A stretch of 64,000 nucleotides of DNA, from the IMG/VR virus record IMGVR_UViG_3300028887_000075, positions 106,735 through 170,734 of that record; one strand, 5' to 3'. The notes below the pieces were generated by a model, which saw only the letters and a program-made list of their open reading frames with translations, did no database searches and was not told the DNA's origin. Within the stretch, counting starts at the first letter, position 1, and each line of letters opens with the position of its first letter. Positions 35,858-46,034 of this stretch are shown in pieces. The translations under genes and the position numbers were made by a program. Origin of the DNA: a virus. Taxonomy: Duplodnaviria > Caudoviricetes.

Positions 35858-38800
35858 ATGATTATGGCAACTAGGATGGGAAGTCCCGGAGTCCGCATAG
35901 AGCTCCACGACAAGTCCGGCTACAGCCTGGTCGAGACCCCGAACGCTGTCGCAGGCGTGGTTGGCTTCGCCCCGAAGGGGGAACTGAACAAGATTCAGAA
36001 GCTCACCAATACCGCTGAGCAGGACATGTACTTCGGCCTCGGCTTCAACAACTCCCGGTTCAACCAGGGAATGTACGCGGCCCGCGCCGTCATCAACGCC
36101 GGCGGTCACGTCGAGTTCGTCCGCCCCTACGGCGAGGAAATCGACAAGACCGACGACTTCAAGCGCGACCTGAAGACCGACGCATATGTCGTTGCTTTCG
36201 ACCGCGACGCCATCAACAACGACCAGAACGCGGACAAGACCTCCCTGAAGATGGAGTACTTCGCGTCCACCCGTTACAAGGTCGACGGTGCCGCCAGGTA
36301 CGGTGCTACCCGCAAGATTAACAATATTGCGGAAACAATCGTCAAGAACAGCAACGTGGACTTCAACCTGGATGCCTCCGAAGATTTCACCAAGGAAGCG
36401 AACTGGGAAGCCAACAACGGCGTTGCCAGGGGCAAGACCGATACGGTCCTCTTCAGCATCATGAATGCCGACCCGAGCGGAGCCAACCGTGCGTACAGTA
36501 CGTTCCCGGTCAGTGCGGCCGATGCCACCAAGAAGGCTGACGGCGTCCTGGTTGTCACCTGTGCCTCCAAGGTCGGGTTCGCCGTGGGTGATACCGTATA
36601 CGGCCCCATGGGCAAGCTCAAGGTCCTCGGCAAGTTCGAGGTTACCAGCATCGTCGACAAGAAGGTCACCATCGAGGCGGCCGACGAGGATACCAGGACC
36701 GCAGTGGGAACACTGGGAGGAATCCCGGAAGTCCTCATCTACAGCGAGGGTGCCGACGCGGTGAACACCGGGAGCGACTACCTGACTGTCAAGACCGCGG
36801 TCACAGGTGCCGGTGCCAAGACGTTCAGCGCCATCCAGCTCGACGATGCCGGACTGGCTATGCTCAAGGGAACCGATGCATCCAACAAGGTCTATTCCGG
36901 TACGCCAATCGAGTTCGCCAATTCCGAAGGCGAGGCGGTATACGTCCGTATCGACAACGGCGTCAAGATGGAAGCTGACTTGGATATTGCCGATGGCATC
37001 GTTACTGCGACCATCAATGCCAAGAAGGCCGCTGCACTGTTCGTTGGCGATGTCGTCATTGCTGAATGGACGCAGTCTAACGAAAAGAAGACCGCCGAGC
37101 TTACTGTATTGTCAGTGACTGACACGACCGCTACGTTAAGTACTGCAACCGAGATTTCTGCGAGTACGCTCAATGGTGCCACATTGACCAGCCTCCGGGA
37201 GAACTGGGCTGATTCAGTTAACACCCTTGCCCTGGTGGTCAATGCCGATTCCACGGTTAAGAGCGTGGCAGAGGACATCGTTGCCCTGGCCGGAAGCGAG
37301 GAAATCGGCTTCGGTGTGGCGCCGACCATCGGTGACATTATAGAAGTCAGCGCTACCGACCGTACGGTTGTTACGTTGGCTCCGGGAGCAGCAATCGAGT
37401 TCGTTGTCGGCGACCGTGTCGCCGTTACTCGTAGCAGTGTGGCAATCGGAAGTGAAACTTCCTATACCACATATAGCGCTACGACCGATGCGGAATTCGG
37501 CAAGACCCCGATTGTCATGGTCACCACGGTAAAGAGCTCCGACCCGATTACCAACACGGTCGTGCTCAATGACGCGGTCCCGGCCGATGAAGATGCCGAC
37601 ATCGGCAAGCAGCTTCTCAACCTCACCCAGACAACCCGTACGGTATTTGCTGCCAAGGACAGCTACACCTACGTGGCCGACCCGGTTAGTGTTACGAATA
37701 TTAGCAAGGCGCAAGCTGCTGATGCAGCATGGACAGAGGCGGGAACCAATATCTATACGACGGATATTGTTGTCACTGGGACAACTACCGATGCTTCGGT
37801 AGCCGGTTGCACTGAGGTTACGTTTAAAACCCAGAAGCTGGAAGGTACGGAACTTGTTGTTGATACCAGGACGGTTGAATGTACGTTATCGAAGACCGGT
37901 GATACGTATACGCTAACGTTCCGCGTTAATGGGGTTTACCTGAGTTCGGAACAGGTGCCGGTTAGTGCTGATGGCGTAGAAATAGACAATGTCCAGGCAT
38001 TAATCTCGGTTCCAAACGTCAAGGAATACGCTGACATCTACTTCGTCGGTAACTTCACTGTTTCCGTCCCGAGGGCTACCCAGGATGCCACCACGATTGT
38101 CAAGCTCGACAACATCGTGGCGGGTAGCAAGGGCACCGCGAAGGTTCCGTTCCAGTACACCCCGGCGATTGCCACGGAGTCTTCCGCGGTGGTCGAACGT
38201 TCCGAGAAGGTCCTTACCGATACCTCAATCGGTGCCACCTTCGTCGGTCTCGGACTCGCCAACATCCGCTACATGGACGTGAACTTTACCGGCTCCACGG
38301 TCAAGGTCTACGACCTTACTGAGGAAGGTGAAGCTGTCGCAAGGCTCTACCTCTCGGTGGCCTACATGTACAACGGTGTCCGCTACGAGTTCGACGGTAC
38401 AATCATCAAGTACGTGTACAACGACATCCAGCTCTACATCGGCGATACCGCCGAACGCGAGCTCGTGGGTAGCGGCGTGCAGTTCGTGCTGAATGACAGC
38501 GGCGAGCTCGACATGTTCCTCGAAGACAACTCCTACGACCTATCCGGCACGGTGATGGGCGGCAAGCCGTCCAGCACGATGACCTGCGTGTCGTTCAACG
38601 AGAACGACCCGGCAATCATCAATAACGCCGTGTGGACGTATGACCCGAAGAACAACATGAACACCAGCACGCTCTCCAACGCGTTCAACCTGTTCATTGA
38701 CAAGGACAAGTCCGATGTGACGTTCTTCGTCGGTGCAGGTCTCGGCATCAACAACTTCGGTATGCGCAAGTACGAGACGCTGAACACGCAGCTCATGCAG

Positions 38801-39613
38801 GCCGTGTTGAGCATCTGCGAACTCCGCAAGGACTGCTTCGCTCTGTTCGATGGTGTTGCCGAACCGCGTATCGAGCAGGCTCTCAAGCTTGACTCTCCGG
38901 CAAGCCGCTTCGGTTCTACCCTCGGCCGCTGGGGTGCAATCTATGACGCCCGTCCGATTTTCGCTGACCGAGTGGTCACGATGTCCAACGTCGAGGCTGC
39001 CCCGTCCATCGCGATGGCTTCCCTCATCACGGCCAACCGCCGCGGGGCCATCTGGTGGCACGTACCGGCTGGCGAGGACACCGGCATGATTCCTGGCGCA
39101 TGGTGCACCAAGGTCAAGTACGAACGTACCTTCAACATTCCTGAGGACCCGGATTCCGATATCGCCCGTCTGTGCGACATCCATGTGAACCCGTTCCGCA
39201 CGAACAAGAAGGGCATCTACGCGTTCGGTGACTTCACCATGCAGATGGAAGACACCGCGTTCAACGCGATTAACGTGACGATGCTCGTTGCCGGTATCCA
39301 CAAGATGTACTACGACTATCTCGACTCCAAGGTGTTCCGTCTGAACACGGCCGCGCTCCGCGCCCAGATTACGACGGACCTGCAGGAAAAGCTCGACGAG
39401 ATTATCTCGTCCAATCCTGCCGGACTCGAGTATGGCGTGGTCACCTGCGACGACACCAACAACACGCCGGAAGTCATCAAGGCCCACAAGCTCTTTGTTG
39501 ACCTTGACCTCATCCCGACTGCAAGCACCCGGTACATCACCCTTCGCACGAACGTCCTTTCCAGGACGAACGGCAAGACGATATCCACCGAAATCAGCAC
39601 GCGTAACCGCTAA
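35858..39613 (+). CDS. contractile tail sheath protein (gp18-like) with very large insertion
   Basis: SPGVRIELHDKS, GVVGFAPKG, CELRKDCFALFD, WWHVPAG, NPF, INV..L, VTCDDTNNTPEVI, LIPT; ATAAACT at 35823. Confidence 0.93.
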   Translation: MIMATRMGSPGVRIELHDKSGYSLVETPNAVAGVVGFAPKGELNKIQKLTNTAEQDMYFGLGFNNSRFNQGMYAARAVINAGGHVEFVRPYGEEIDKTDDFKRDLKTDAYVVAFDRDAINNDQNADKTSLKMEYFASTRYKVDGAARYGATRKINNIAETIVKNSNVDFNLDASEDFTKEANWEANNGVARGKTDTVLFSIMNADPSGANRAYSTFPVSAADATKKADGVLVVTCASKVGFAVGDTVYGPMGKLKVLGKFEVTSIVDKKVTIEAADEDTRTAVGTLGGIPEVLIYSEGADAVNTGSDYLTVKTAVTGAGAKTFSAIQLDDAGLAMLKGTDASNKVYSGTPIEFANSEGEAVYVRIDNGVKMEADLDIADGIVTATINAKKAAALFVGDVVIAEWTQSNEKKTAELTVLSVTDTTATLSTATEISASTLNGATLTSLRENWADSVNTLALVVNADSTVKSVAEDIVALAGSEEIGFGVAPTIGDIIEVSATDRTVVTLAPGAAIEFVVGDRVAVTRSSVAIGSETSYTTYSATTDAEFGKTPIVMVTTVKSSDPITNTVVLNDAVPADEDADIGKQLLNLTQTTRTVFAAKDSYTYVADPVSVTNISKAQAADAAWTEAGTNIYTTDIVVTGTTTDASVAGCTEVTFKTQKLEGTELVVDTRTVECTLSKTGDTYTLTFRVNGVYLSSEQVPVSADGVEIDNVQALISVPNVKEYADIYFVGNFTVSVPRATQDATTIVKLDNIVAGSKGTAKVPFQYTPAIATESSAVVERSEKVLTDTSIGATFVGLGLANIRYMDVNFTGSTVKVYDLTEEGEAVARLYLSVAYMYNGVRYEFDGTIIKYVYNDIQLYIGDTAERELVGSGVQFVLNDSGELDMFLEDNSYDLSGTVMGGKPSSTMTCVSFNENDPAIINNAVWTYDPKNNMNTSTLSNAFNLFIDKDKSDVTFFVGAGLGINNFGMRKYETLNTQLMQAVLSICELRKDCFALFDGVAEPRIEQALKLDSPASRFGSTLGRWGAIYDARPIFADRVVTMSNVEAAPSIAMASLITANRRGAIWWHVPAGEDTGMIPGAWCTKVKYERTFNIPEDPDSDIARLCDIHVNPFRTNKKGIYAFGDFTMQMEDTAFNAINVTMLVAGIHKMYYDYLDSKVFRLNTAALRAQITTDLQEKLDEIISSNPAGLEYGVVTCDDTNNTPEVIKAHKLFVDLDLIPTASTRYITLRTNVLSRTNGKTISTEISTRNR

Positions 39614-39631
39614 TAAAAGGAGGACTAGAAT

Positions 39632-40369
39632 ATGTCAACTTACGGACTCGACATTAGCGACAAGAAGAAGGTATTCTATGCTGCGAACATCGACAAGCTG
39701 CCGGACCCGGTGCGAAGCACCCGCTGGCGCATGTGCGTGGACCAGGGTATCTTCAAGGCAATCGGCATCAAGCCCTCCAACGGCGAGGACTTCGGTACCA
39801 ACCCGGAAACTGCGAAGGAGTTCACCCTTCACATATCCAGCGGGGCCAAGATTCCCGATGCGAACATCAAGGCGGACAAGATATGGTACATGGGATACGA
39901 GAAGAAGTACCCCGTGCAGCAGGAACAGCTGGCTGGCAGTATGCCTATCACCGCCCTTCTCCTTGAAGACGGCCGTGCATACGAGACCATGATGGCCTGG
40001 AACCAGTGCTGCCTCAACAGTGGTATCCTGAATACAAAGGGTACCGGGGACACGAACTCCGATACGAACCGAATCGAGCAGGGCAACAACAAGCTCTACC
40101 TCGGTCTCGGCCAGCAGGAGAACTACGGTAACTCTACCGCGGTGCTCCTCCGTAACGCCCACGTGACCCTGGAACTCTACGACTGGATGTACGGCGACGT
40201 CATCATGGGCATCAGGCTCATTAACGCCTGGCCGTCTAAGGTTGGTGTCAGTGATAGTCTTACCTATGACAGTGCCAAGCTGATGCACTTCCAGTTCACC
40301 CTGGAGTACGACAGGTGGAACATCTGGTTCAACCCGAACTACAAGGTCATCGGCGCTGGCAACAAGTAG
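39632..40369 (+). CDS. tail tube protein (gp19-like)
   Basis: Follows sheath; DPVRSTRW, LINAWPSKV, LTYDS, FTLEYD. Confidence 0.85.
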   Translation: MSTYGLDISDKKKVFYAANIDKLPDPVRSTRWRMCVDQGIFKAIGIKPSNGEDFGTNPETAKEFTLHISSGAKIPDANIKADKIWYMGYEKKYPVQQEQLAGSMPITALLLEDGRAYETMMAWNQCCLNSGILNTKGTGDTNSDTNRIEQGNNKLYLGLGQQENYGNSTAVLLRNAHVTLELYDWMYGDVIMGIRLINAWPSKVGVSDSLTYDSAKLMHFQFTLEYDRWNIWFNPNYKVIGAGNK

Positions 40370-40390
40370 CCGTAGCCTACAAATTCAACT

Positions 40391-40420
40391 AGGGAGCCGG
40401 GAAACCGGTTCCCTTTTCTT
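40391..40420 (+). terminator. intrinsic terminator
   Basis: GGGAGCCGG-gaaa-CCGGTTCCC-TTTTCTT. Confidence 0.85.
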
Positions 40421-40465
40421 GCAATTTCTGGAACAATAATGTATTTTTGAAGCAGAGGAAATTAT

Positions 40466-40993
40466 ATGGCTGCAGGATTTCATATAGACGAGGACGCACT
40501 CAACGAGATGGTGGGCGACCAGAACGCCCCGGTTAACATCCAGATGCAGAGGCTGCGCGAATGGTGCGCTAATGCTCTTAGGACTACAAACGAGAAGGGC
40601 GAGGTGGATGCCCAGGTTGTTTACAATCAAGGCAACTACAACATGGGTGAAAACGCGGTGCACATCGCCATGCTCGCCTTCAAGAACAAGTTGAAACTAA
40701 TCGCCCTAAAGAAGGAAGTAAAGACCAAGCGTAGCGAGGTGTACCAGAAGATGGCCACCACGAAGCACAAGTGGATTCCCTCCAAGGAAGGGGAAACCAT
40801 CATGGTCGAGGGTGACCCGGACCTTGCCGACCTCCAGGAACGCCTGGATTGCCAGGAGGAGTTCGTCAAGTTCCTGGAGGACATGCAGGACAAGATTCGC
40901 TATTATCCGAGGAACGCCGACGCCATGGTGCGCGTCCACAACTTCGGACAGGAAATCGGCCAGATTATCGTGGGGGTACACAAATGGGGATAA
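40466..40993 (+). CDS. UvsY-like recombination mediator
   Basis: Helical; MVEGDPDL...VKFLEDMQDKI resembles the UvsY C-terminal pattern. Confidence 0.55.
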   Translation: MAAGFHIDEDALNEMVGDQNAPVNIQMQRLREWCANALRTTNEKGEVDAQVVYNQGNYNMGENAVHIAMLAFKNKLKLIALKKEVKTKRSEVYQKMATTKHKWIPSKEGETIMVEGDPDLADLQERLDCQEEFVKFLEDMQDKIRYYPRNADAMVRVHNFGQEIGQIIVGVHKWG

Positions 40994-41130
40994 TCAGGAA
41001 AATCAAGGAATTATTTCTCCCGGTACCTCCCGGTGAACTCCCGGAGCAGACCACTAGGCAGCTGGCGGAGGGCAAGGAGCCACTACCGGAAGGCAAGCCC
41101 AAGGAAACGAAAAGGGCACTACTGGGATAA
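40984..41130 (+). CDS. small hypothetical protein
   Basis: 48 aa MGIIRKIKELFLP... Confidence 0.45.
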   Translation: MGIIRKIKELFLPVPPGELPEQTTRQLAEGKEPLPEGKPKETKRALLG

Positions 41131-41146
41131 CTCAAGGAGACACATT

Positions 41147-41977
41147 ATGAATATAAGTCTGTTCAAGACATACCTGCCATATAACCGACAGGAGCCATTT
41201 GCACTTGCTGTGATGGGTAATTCTGCCCGTCGCAAGGTAAAGAAACTAAATTCTCGACTAAATAAGGTCATATTCGACCTTAGGCCATACAATTTACCGA
41301 AAATGAAATTCAATGAACTATTTAAATTAAAGGTTACACGGGATTTTCGGTCACCAATCGACACGACGATTGACTTCAAAGTCACCTATGTAGGAATCGA
41401 GCTTAATCCTAGCAGCCGGCATGACCTAATATCCTTTTGTGCGAGATTGATAAAATATGATGATGGCTGTCTACGTAGTCAACTATATGCGTGGCAGTTA
41501 GCATGTGATAATATATTCGGTGGCATGATGGATTGCCTTACGTCATTTCTCCGGTTTCTTCTTGAGGATTTATACGTGCAAAACCAACAGCTTTCATCTA
41601 TACCTGACTCTATTGACGTGTGTTGTAAGTGGTGTGGCGACCTTAGACGTTACGCGTTATATGCTCATACATATCCAAAAGATGTAGAGGTTCTCGTTGA
41701 TGTGGCCAAGAAAACGAATATTAATGGACTTTATGAAGTTGATGCTGTGCAGGGATACGAACGGTATATAATAGACGAGCTCGCTACGTCGGCCATTAAG
41801 AAGAAAATCAGTAATGCCGACCTTACCGAGCCTGATGCGAATGTGCTATTATTTCAACCATGGTATGAACAATATATGGCGAATAAGGCATGGGTTGATA
41901 AGAAAAACAACTGCACAGAAACAATTGATAAGATATCTAAACGCATCATTGAACTTAAGGATGTAGCCAACACTTAA
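41147..41977 (+). CDS. AT-rich accessory hypothetical protein
   Basis: Start MNISLFK, AAGGAG RBS; visibly lower GC than flanks. Confidence 0.7.
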   Translation: MNISLFKTYLPYNRQEPFALAVMGNSARRKVKKLNSRLNKVIFDLRPYNLPKMKFNELFKLKVTRDFRSPIDTTIDFKVTYVGIELNPSSRHDLISFCARLIKYDDGCLRSQLYAWQLACDNIFGGMMDCLTSFLRFLLEDLYVQNQQLSSIPDSIDVCCKWCGDLRRYALYAHTYPKDVEVLVDVAKKTNINGLYEVDAVQGYERYIIDELATSAIKKKISNADLTEPDANVLLFQPWYEQYMANKAWVDKKNNCTETIDKISKRIIELKDVANT

Positions 41978-42073
41978 CGAATAAAGGATAGATTGAACAT
42001 GGTTATAATCGAAACAATAGTGCCGTATTTGGTTCAGCAATGGAATGCATGTCGCAAACTAGAGAGTTCTGGG

Positions 42074-42143
42074 TATAATGATATGCAGAAATCTAGAGTT
42101 TCTAAGTATGATGATATGCAGCAATCTAGAGTTTCTAAGTATG
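42074..42143. repeat. 33-bp tandem repeat (2 copies)
   Basis: TAT(A/G)ATGATATGCAG(A/C)AATCTAGAGTTTCTAAG twice. Confidence 0.9.
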
Positions 42144-42195
42144 CAACAGGTTATACACGAAAATGGGCAAAGGTGTTGCGGGGAGTTTCGTTACG

Positions 42196-42972
42196 ATGAG
42201 CGAGAAGATACCTACAGATACGACGGACGCCTCCGAGCTGTTCGACGTAGACTTCGGGAGCAACCCGGTATCTTCCGGTACTCCCAAGGAAAATCCCAAG
42301 GATTCAGGCAAGAATCCCTACGAGGCGGTCGAGGACGTGCTGGGAATACCCCGCGGTTCCACCAAGGAGGGCATCGCCGCTGCCAAGAAGGAGGTCAAGC
42401 GCATCACCGACGAGGCCAAGAACCTCAAGGTGCAGAAGGATATCCTTGTCCGCAAGGAGAAGATGTCCGACACGCTCGACCTTGTGCCCGGTTTCAACAT
42501 GGACGACCTGGCCAACGACCGGAAGGTGCTCCGCCAGGAGTACATGGAACTGTTCAGGCGCGGCAAGAGGATGCTCGACCGCATCGAGAAGGACGTGGAG
42601 GACCTGGTCAACCCGGAACCGGACGACTACGCCAACTACCAGAGGCAGTATCTCGCCCTCCTGAAGACCCTGGACAGCATCCGGGGAGCGCTCGTTACCC
42701 TCCGGGAGGAGGAGGAGAAGGCCCTGCTTACCCGTGCGAAGGACGCTCCCGCAGGCATCGCCGGTGCGGGCGGGGAGTCCGCCGGGGGAGCCCAGGTTGC
42801 CGCCGACGGTTCAGTGGAGGTGACACCGCAGGACACCAACGCGTGGATTGCCAAGTGGACAGCCGAGCTGGATGCGGAGGTTGCCGACCAGATTCAGAAG
42901 GACTTCGACAACCGGAATGCGCCGAAGGCCATCACGGATGGCACCGGGGAACCTCCGGACAGTAAAGAATAA
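42196..42972 (+). CDS. possible terminase small subunit (gp16-like)
   Basis: Helical core DRKVLRQEYMELFRRGKRMLDRI...PEPDDYANY..LLKTL resembles the gp16 helical hairpin; weak. Confidence 0.45.
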   Translation: MSEKIPTDTTDASELFDVDFGSNPVSSGTPKENPKDSGKNPYEAVEDVLGIPRGSTKEGIAAAKKEVKRITDEAKNLKVQKDILVRKEKMSDTLDLVPGFNMDDLANDRKVLRQEYMELFRRGKRMLDRIEKDVEDLVNPEPDDYANYQRQYLALLKTLDSIRGALVTLREEEEKALLTRAKDAPAGIAGAGGESAGGAQVAADGSVEVTPQDTNAWIAKWTAELDAEVADQIQKDFDNRNAPKAITDGTGEPPDSKE

Positions 42973-43048
42973 TTTACTTGATTGCACCTACGATAATTAA
43001 TACATTTTCATTAGCATGTGATAGTTTTGTAATACAAAAAATAAGACA

Positions 43049-44662
43049 ATGGAGATGCATATGCCCACCGAGCGCCAGGTAGTGTCGGTTTCGCTAACTC
43101 AGCAACAAAGTGAATTCTTGAAGACTCGTCCAGAGGGACAGTCTCAGTTCATACAGAATCTAATAAATGAATATATCGGGAAAGATGCTCTAGAGAAAGC
43201 CGGTATTCCGATATTGCCGACTGCCCTGGAGAAATATATAGTTGCAGAGGCGGAAACCGCTGTCAGGACTGACGGTAATAGCCCCACACATAATACATTC
43301 AGTTGGACTCCGGGTCCGGTTCCTGAAATGTGTCTAAGCATATTCCAGGAAGGCGGGCATGGGTTGAATGCATGGCTGGTATGTAGAATGACCCTAAACG
43401 GGATAAAGGATGCTAACGCGAACATGTATAAGCTCAGGGTGAATCTACATAGTAATGCCGTCCCCTGTGGCGAATACAGCATCATACACACAAAGAGCGA
43501 CACATATGAGTTTTGGATAAGACCTGGTTCCGGCATAGAGAAAACGTTTTTCGGACTGAAGGATAAGCTCTATCCGGATGGGAATATTTGTTTTGACTCT
43601 AAACATGATAGCCATGTCGACATTGACAATACCGGAGATGCAATCTATCGGTCCCGGTTTAGATTAGTGGCATATTCCCCGATGGATAAATCTGTATGGA
43701 ACCTGCCGGAGCTTTCATTGTACGTCAGCAAGATAGAGTTTGGCGAGCATGATGACCTATTCATCACGTTCATTAATACAAACACTTTCTGTCTTCACAA
43801 ATTCTGCAAGGTGGATAAGCATGAATGCATGACAACGGCATGCTATGTCACATTGGATATCAGTAGTTACGACTGGAAACTTGGGACGCTTGTTGAGACT
43901 ACCAGGTACAATGTATGGGTATCGTGTCGGATACCAACAAGGTCCAGTTTAATGTACAACTCCTCGGAAGGTAACCCGGTTACCACTACTACCGTCCATT
44001 GTTTCATTGTAGATAGCGGTGACCCGGGCGAGATATGCATGGTTACTGGGGAAGATACCGCCAATGCCCGGAAAAACATATCAAAATTCACATATGACAA
44101 TGAACTTGGGATGAGCCGGGGGCTGTATTGGAACAACCGTCGGGAAGACATTAATAGTAAGAAAATTGACCATTATAGTCATGAAACGGTGGAAAATCTT
44201 GGCGGATATTGTATTTTTTCCGATAGTGACAAAGCGCGGATACTTAGTGCGATAGACAATGCAGACCAGGAAAAGTCCGTCATAATACGGAGTAATAATG
44301 GAATGCAACCATACAAGGGGAGTTTCTATATTTCGGAAAGGGAATACCTGTATATTGAGGTAAACAGGTTATATGATGTTCCACAAGGCGCTCCAAATAT
44401 AATAGTTAAGACCTCATGGACAACTACGATGACGGAAAATGATGTCATTAAGCATCAAACCTGGTGGCGCGGGGAGAACATTGGATGGTTAACTGACAGA
44501 TTGGATGAATTACAAATATGCGAGCAGGAAATGTTTCCGTCCGCTGAAGAAATTGATATAGTCAATCCACACCTAGCAGATGAATTGGCTAAAGCGCTAA
44601 GCTTGCAACATTCGGATGAAAATAAACGTGCAGATTTGCTGACCGCATCTGGATTAAAGTAA
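43049..44662 (+). CDS. AT-rich accessory protein with N-terminal ribbon-helix-helix-like domain
   Basis: RQVVSVSLTQQQSEFLK...QSQFIQNLINEY (CopG-like); remainder unrecognised. Confidence 0.6.
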   Translation: MEMHMPTERQVVSVSLTQQQSEFLKTRPEGQSQFIQNLINEYIGKDALEKAGIPILPTALEKYIVAEAETAVRTDGNSPTHNTFSWTPGPVPEMCLSIFQEGGHGLNAWLVCRMTLNGIKDANANMYKLRVNLHSNAVPCGEYSIIHTKSDTYEFWIRPGSGIEKTFFGLKDKLYPDGNICFDSKHDSHVDIDNTGDAIYRSRFRLVAYSPMDKSVWNLPELSLYVSKIEFGEHDDLFITFINTNTFCLHKFCKVDKHECMTTACYVTLDISSYDWKLGTLVETTRYNVWVSCRIPTRSSLMYNSSEGNPVTTTTVHCFIVDSGDPGEICMVTGEDTANARKNISKFTYDNELGMSRGLYWNNRREDINSKKIDHYSHETVENLGGYCIFSDSDKARILSAIDNADQEKSVIIRSNNGMQPYKGSFYISEREYLYIEVNRLYDVPQGAPNIIVKTSWTTTMTENDVIKHQTWWRGENIGWLTDRLDELQICEQEMFPSAEEIDIVNPHLADELAKALSLQHSDENKRADLLTASGLK

Positions 44663-44871
44663 GATTCTATCAAGACTCGGAATGAACTTATCGCTGATTG
44701 GTTGAACGAGTATTCATGTCAGAACGGCGACCAGGGCATGACAAAAATATATCATACCGGATGAGTCAAGGATAGGCCGATATAGAGGGCTTTCTATTCG
44801 TCTAATCAAGGATTAATTTGCTATATTTGGGGGTACCGCTGGTCGGTACCCTTTATTTTTTGGAGATTTGT

Positions 44872-45987
44872 ATGCAGATTGGTATAGTTGGAGACCTCCA
44901 CCTCGGCCCGAAGTGCCAGAAGACACCTATCAAGGACGCCGTAGTGGCCGGGCAGAAGGCCCTGCACAAGCTGATGATTGAGGATTTCCGCTCCCGCGGT
45001 ATCAAGACGGTGCTATTCAGTGGCGACGTGTTCACCGTGCATGCCTTCATGACCATCGACGTGATGGCCTACGCGATACAACTGTTCCGGGACGACATGA
45101 AGGACTTCGACATCCATGTAATTGCCGGAAATCACGACTATGTCTACGAGAACAGGGACTCTCTTACCTCCCTGCAGCTGCTGGAACTCCTCCCGAACGT
45201 CCACGTGTACCGCACCTCGATAGTTCCCCTGGAACTCCTGGGCAAGAAGTGGTACATGGTGCCCTGGATTTTCCCGGACAAGATGGAGGCGACCAGCGAG
45301 TGGCTCTCCAAGTTATCCAGGCAGGCGAAGGCGAAGCGCGAGAATACCGTCCTGTTCGGCCATTTCGACATAATGGACATGCTGATGGAGGCCGGACAGG
45401 TTTCTACCGAGGGCCTGCCCCCGGAGAAGTTCTACAAGGCGGCCAGCCATACCTTCAGTGGCCACTACCACTGCCGTTCCTTCAACAAGGGCAAGGACGC
45501 CGACTCGTCAATCCTCTACATGGGCACCCCGTATCACCTGTCGTTCGCTCACGTTGGGACGGACTGCGGGTACTATATCCTGGACGACAAGATGGAGATA
45601 GAGTTCGTAGAGAACAAGGTATCCCCGAGGTTCATCGACGTGGACGACGAGCACCTGGAGGGACTGGGGGACCTGTCCAACTGCATCGTGAGGTACTTCT
45701 CGCTGAACGGGCGAAACTTCGACGAGGCGGTGGCCCGCAAGAAGGTCCTGATGGACGCCCACCCGATTTACGTAAATACCGTATGCTACGGTGGCGCCGC
45801 CGGTGACATCGACGATGCCCGCCGGGTGGATGACGAGGAGGCCCGGAAGCTGCTGGGAGCGGACAACCTGACCATGGCGAGCATGTACATGGACAAGTTC
45901 CCCGAGCAGCTGCCCACTTTCTGGTCCGGGGAGGACCCGAAAAAGAAGATAATGCAGATTTTGAGCACCTACGGCGAAAAAATCTAG
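44872..45987 (+). CDS. Mre11/SbcD-like recombination nuclease (T4 gp47-like)
   Basis: GDLHLG, GDVF, GNHD, GHF, SGHYH, YMGTPY; class I promoter at 44817. Confidence 0.92.
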   Translation: MQIGIVGDLHLGPKCQKTPIKDAVVAGQKALHKLMIEDFRSRGIKTVLFSGDVFTVHAFMTIDVMAYAIQLFRDDMKDFDIHVIAGNHDYVYENRDSLTSLQLLELLPNVHVYRTSIVPLELLGKKWYMVPWIFPDKMEATSEWLSKLSRQAKAKRENTVLFGHFDIMDMLMEAGQVSTEGLPPEKFYKAASHTFSGHYHCRSFNKGKDADSSILYMGTPYHLSFAHVGTDCGYYILDDKMEIEFVENKVSPRFIDVDDEHLEGLGDLSNCIVRYFSLNGRNFDEAVARKKVLMDAHPIYVNTVCYGGAAGDIDDARRVDDEEARKLLGADNLTMASMYMDKFPEQLPTFWSGEDPKKKIMQILSTYGEKI

Positions 45988-46034
45988 CGCAAATGCATTA
46001 GTTTCCTGAGCAAAGACAAGGAAACTTTTGCATT

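Noticed and set aside
41993-42199. 68-aa ORF over the 33-bp repeat
   Set aside because: TTG start and repeat-derived content; cannot be supported as a real gene.
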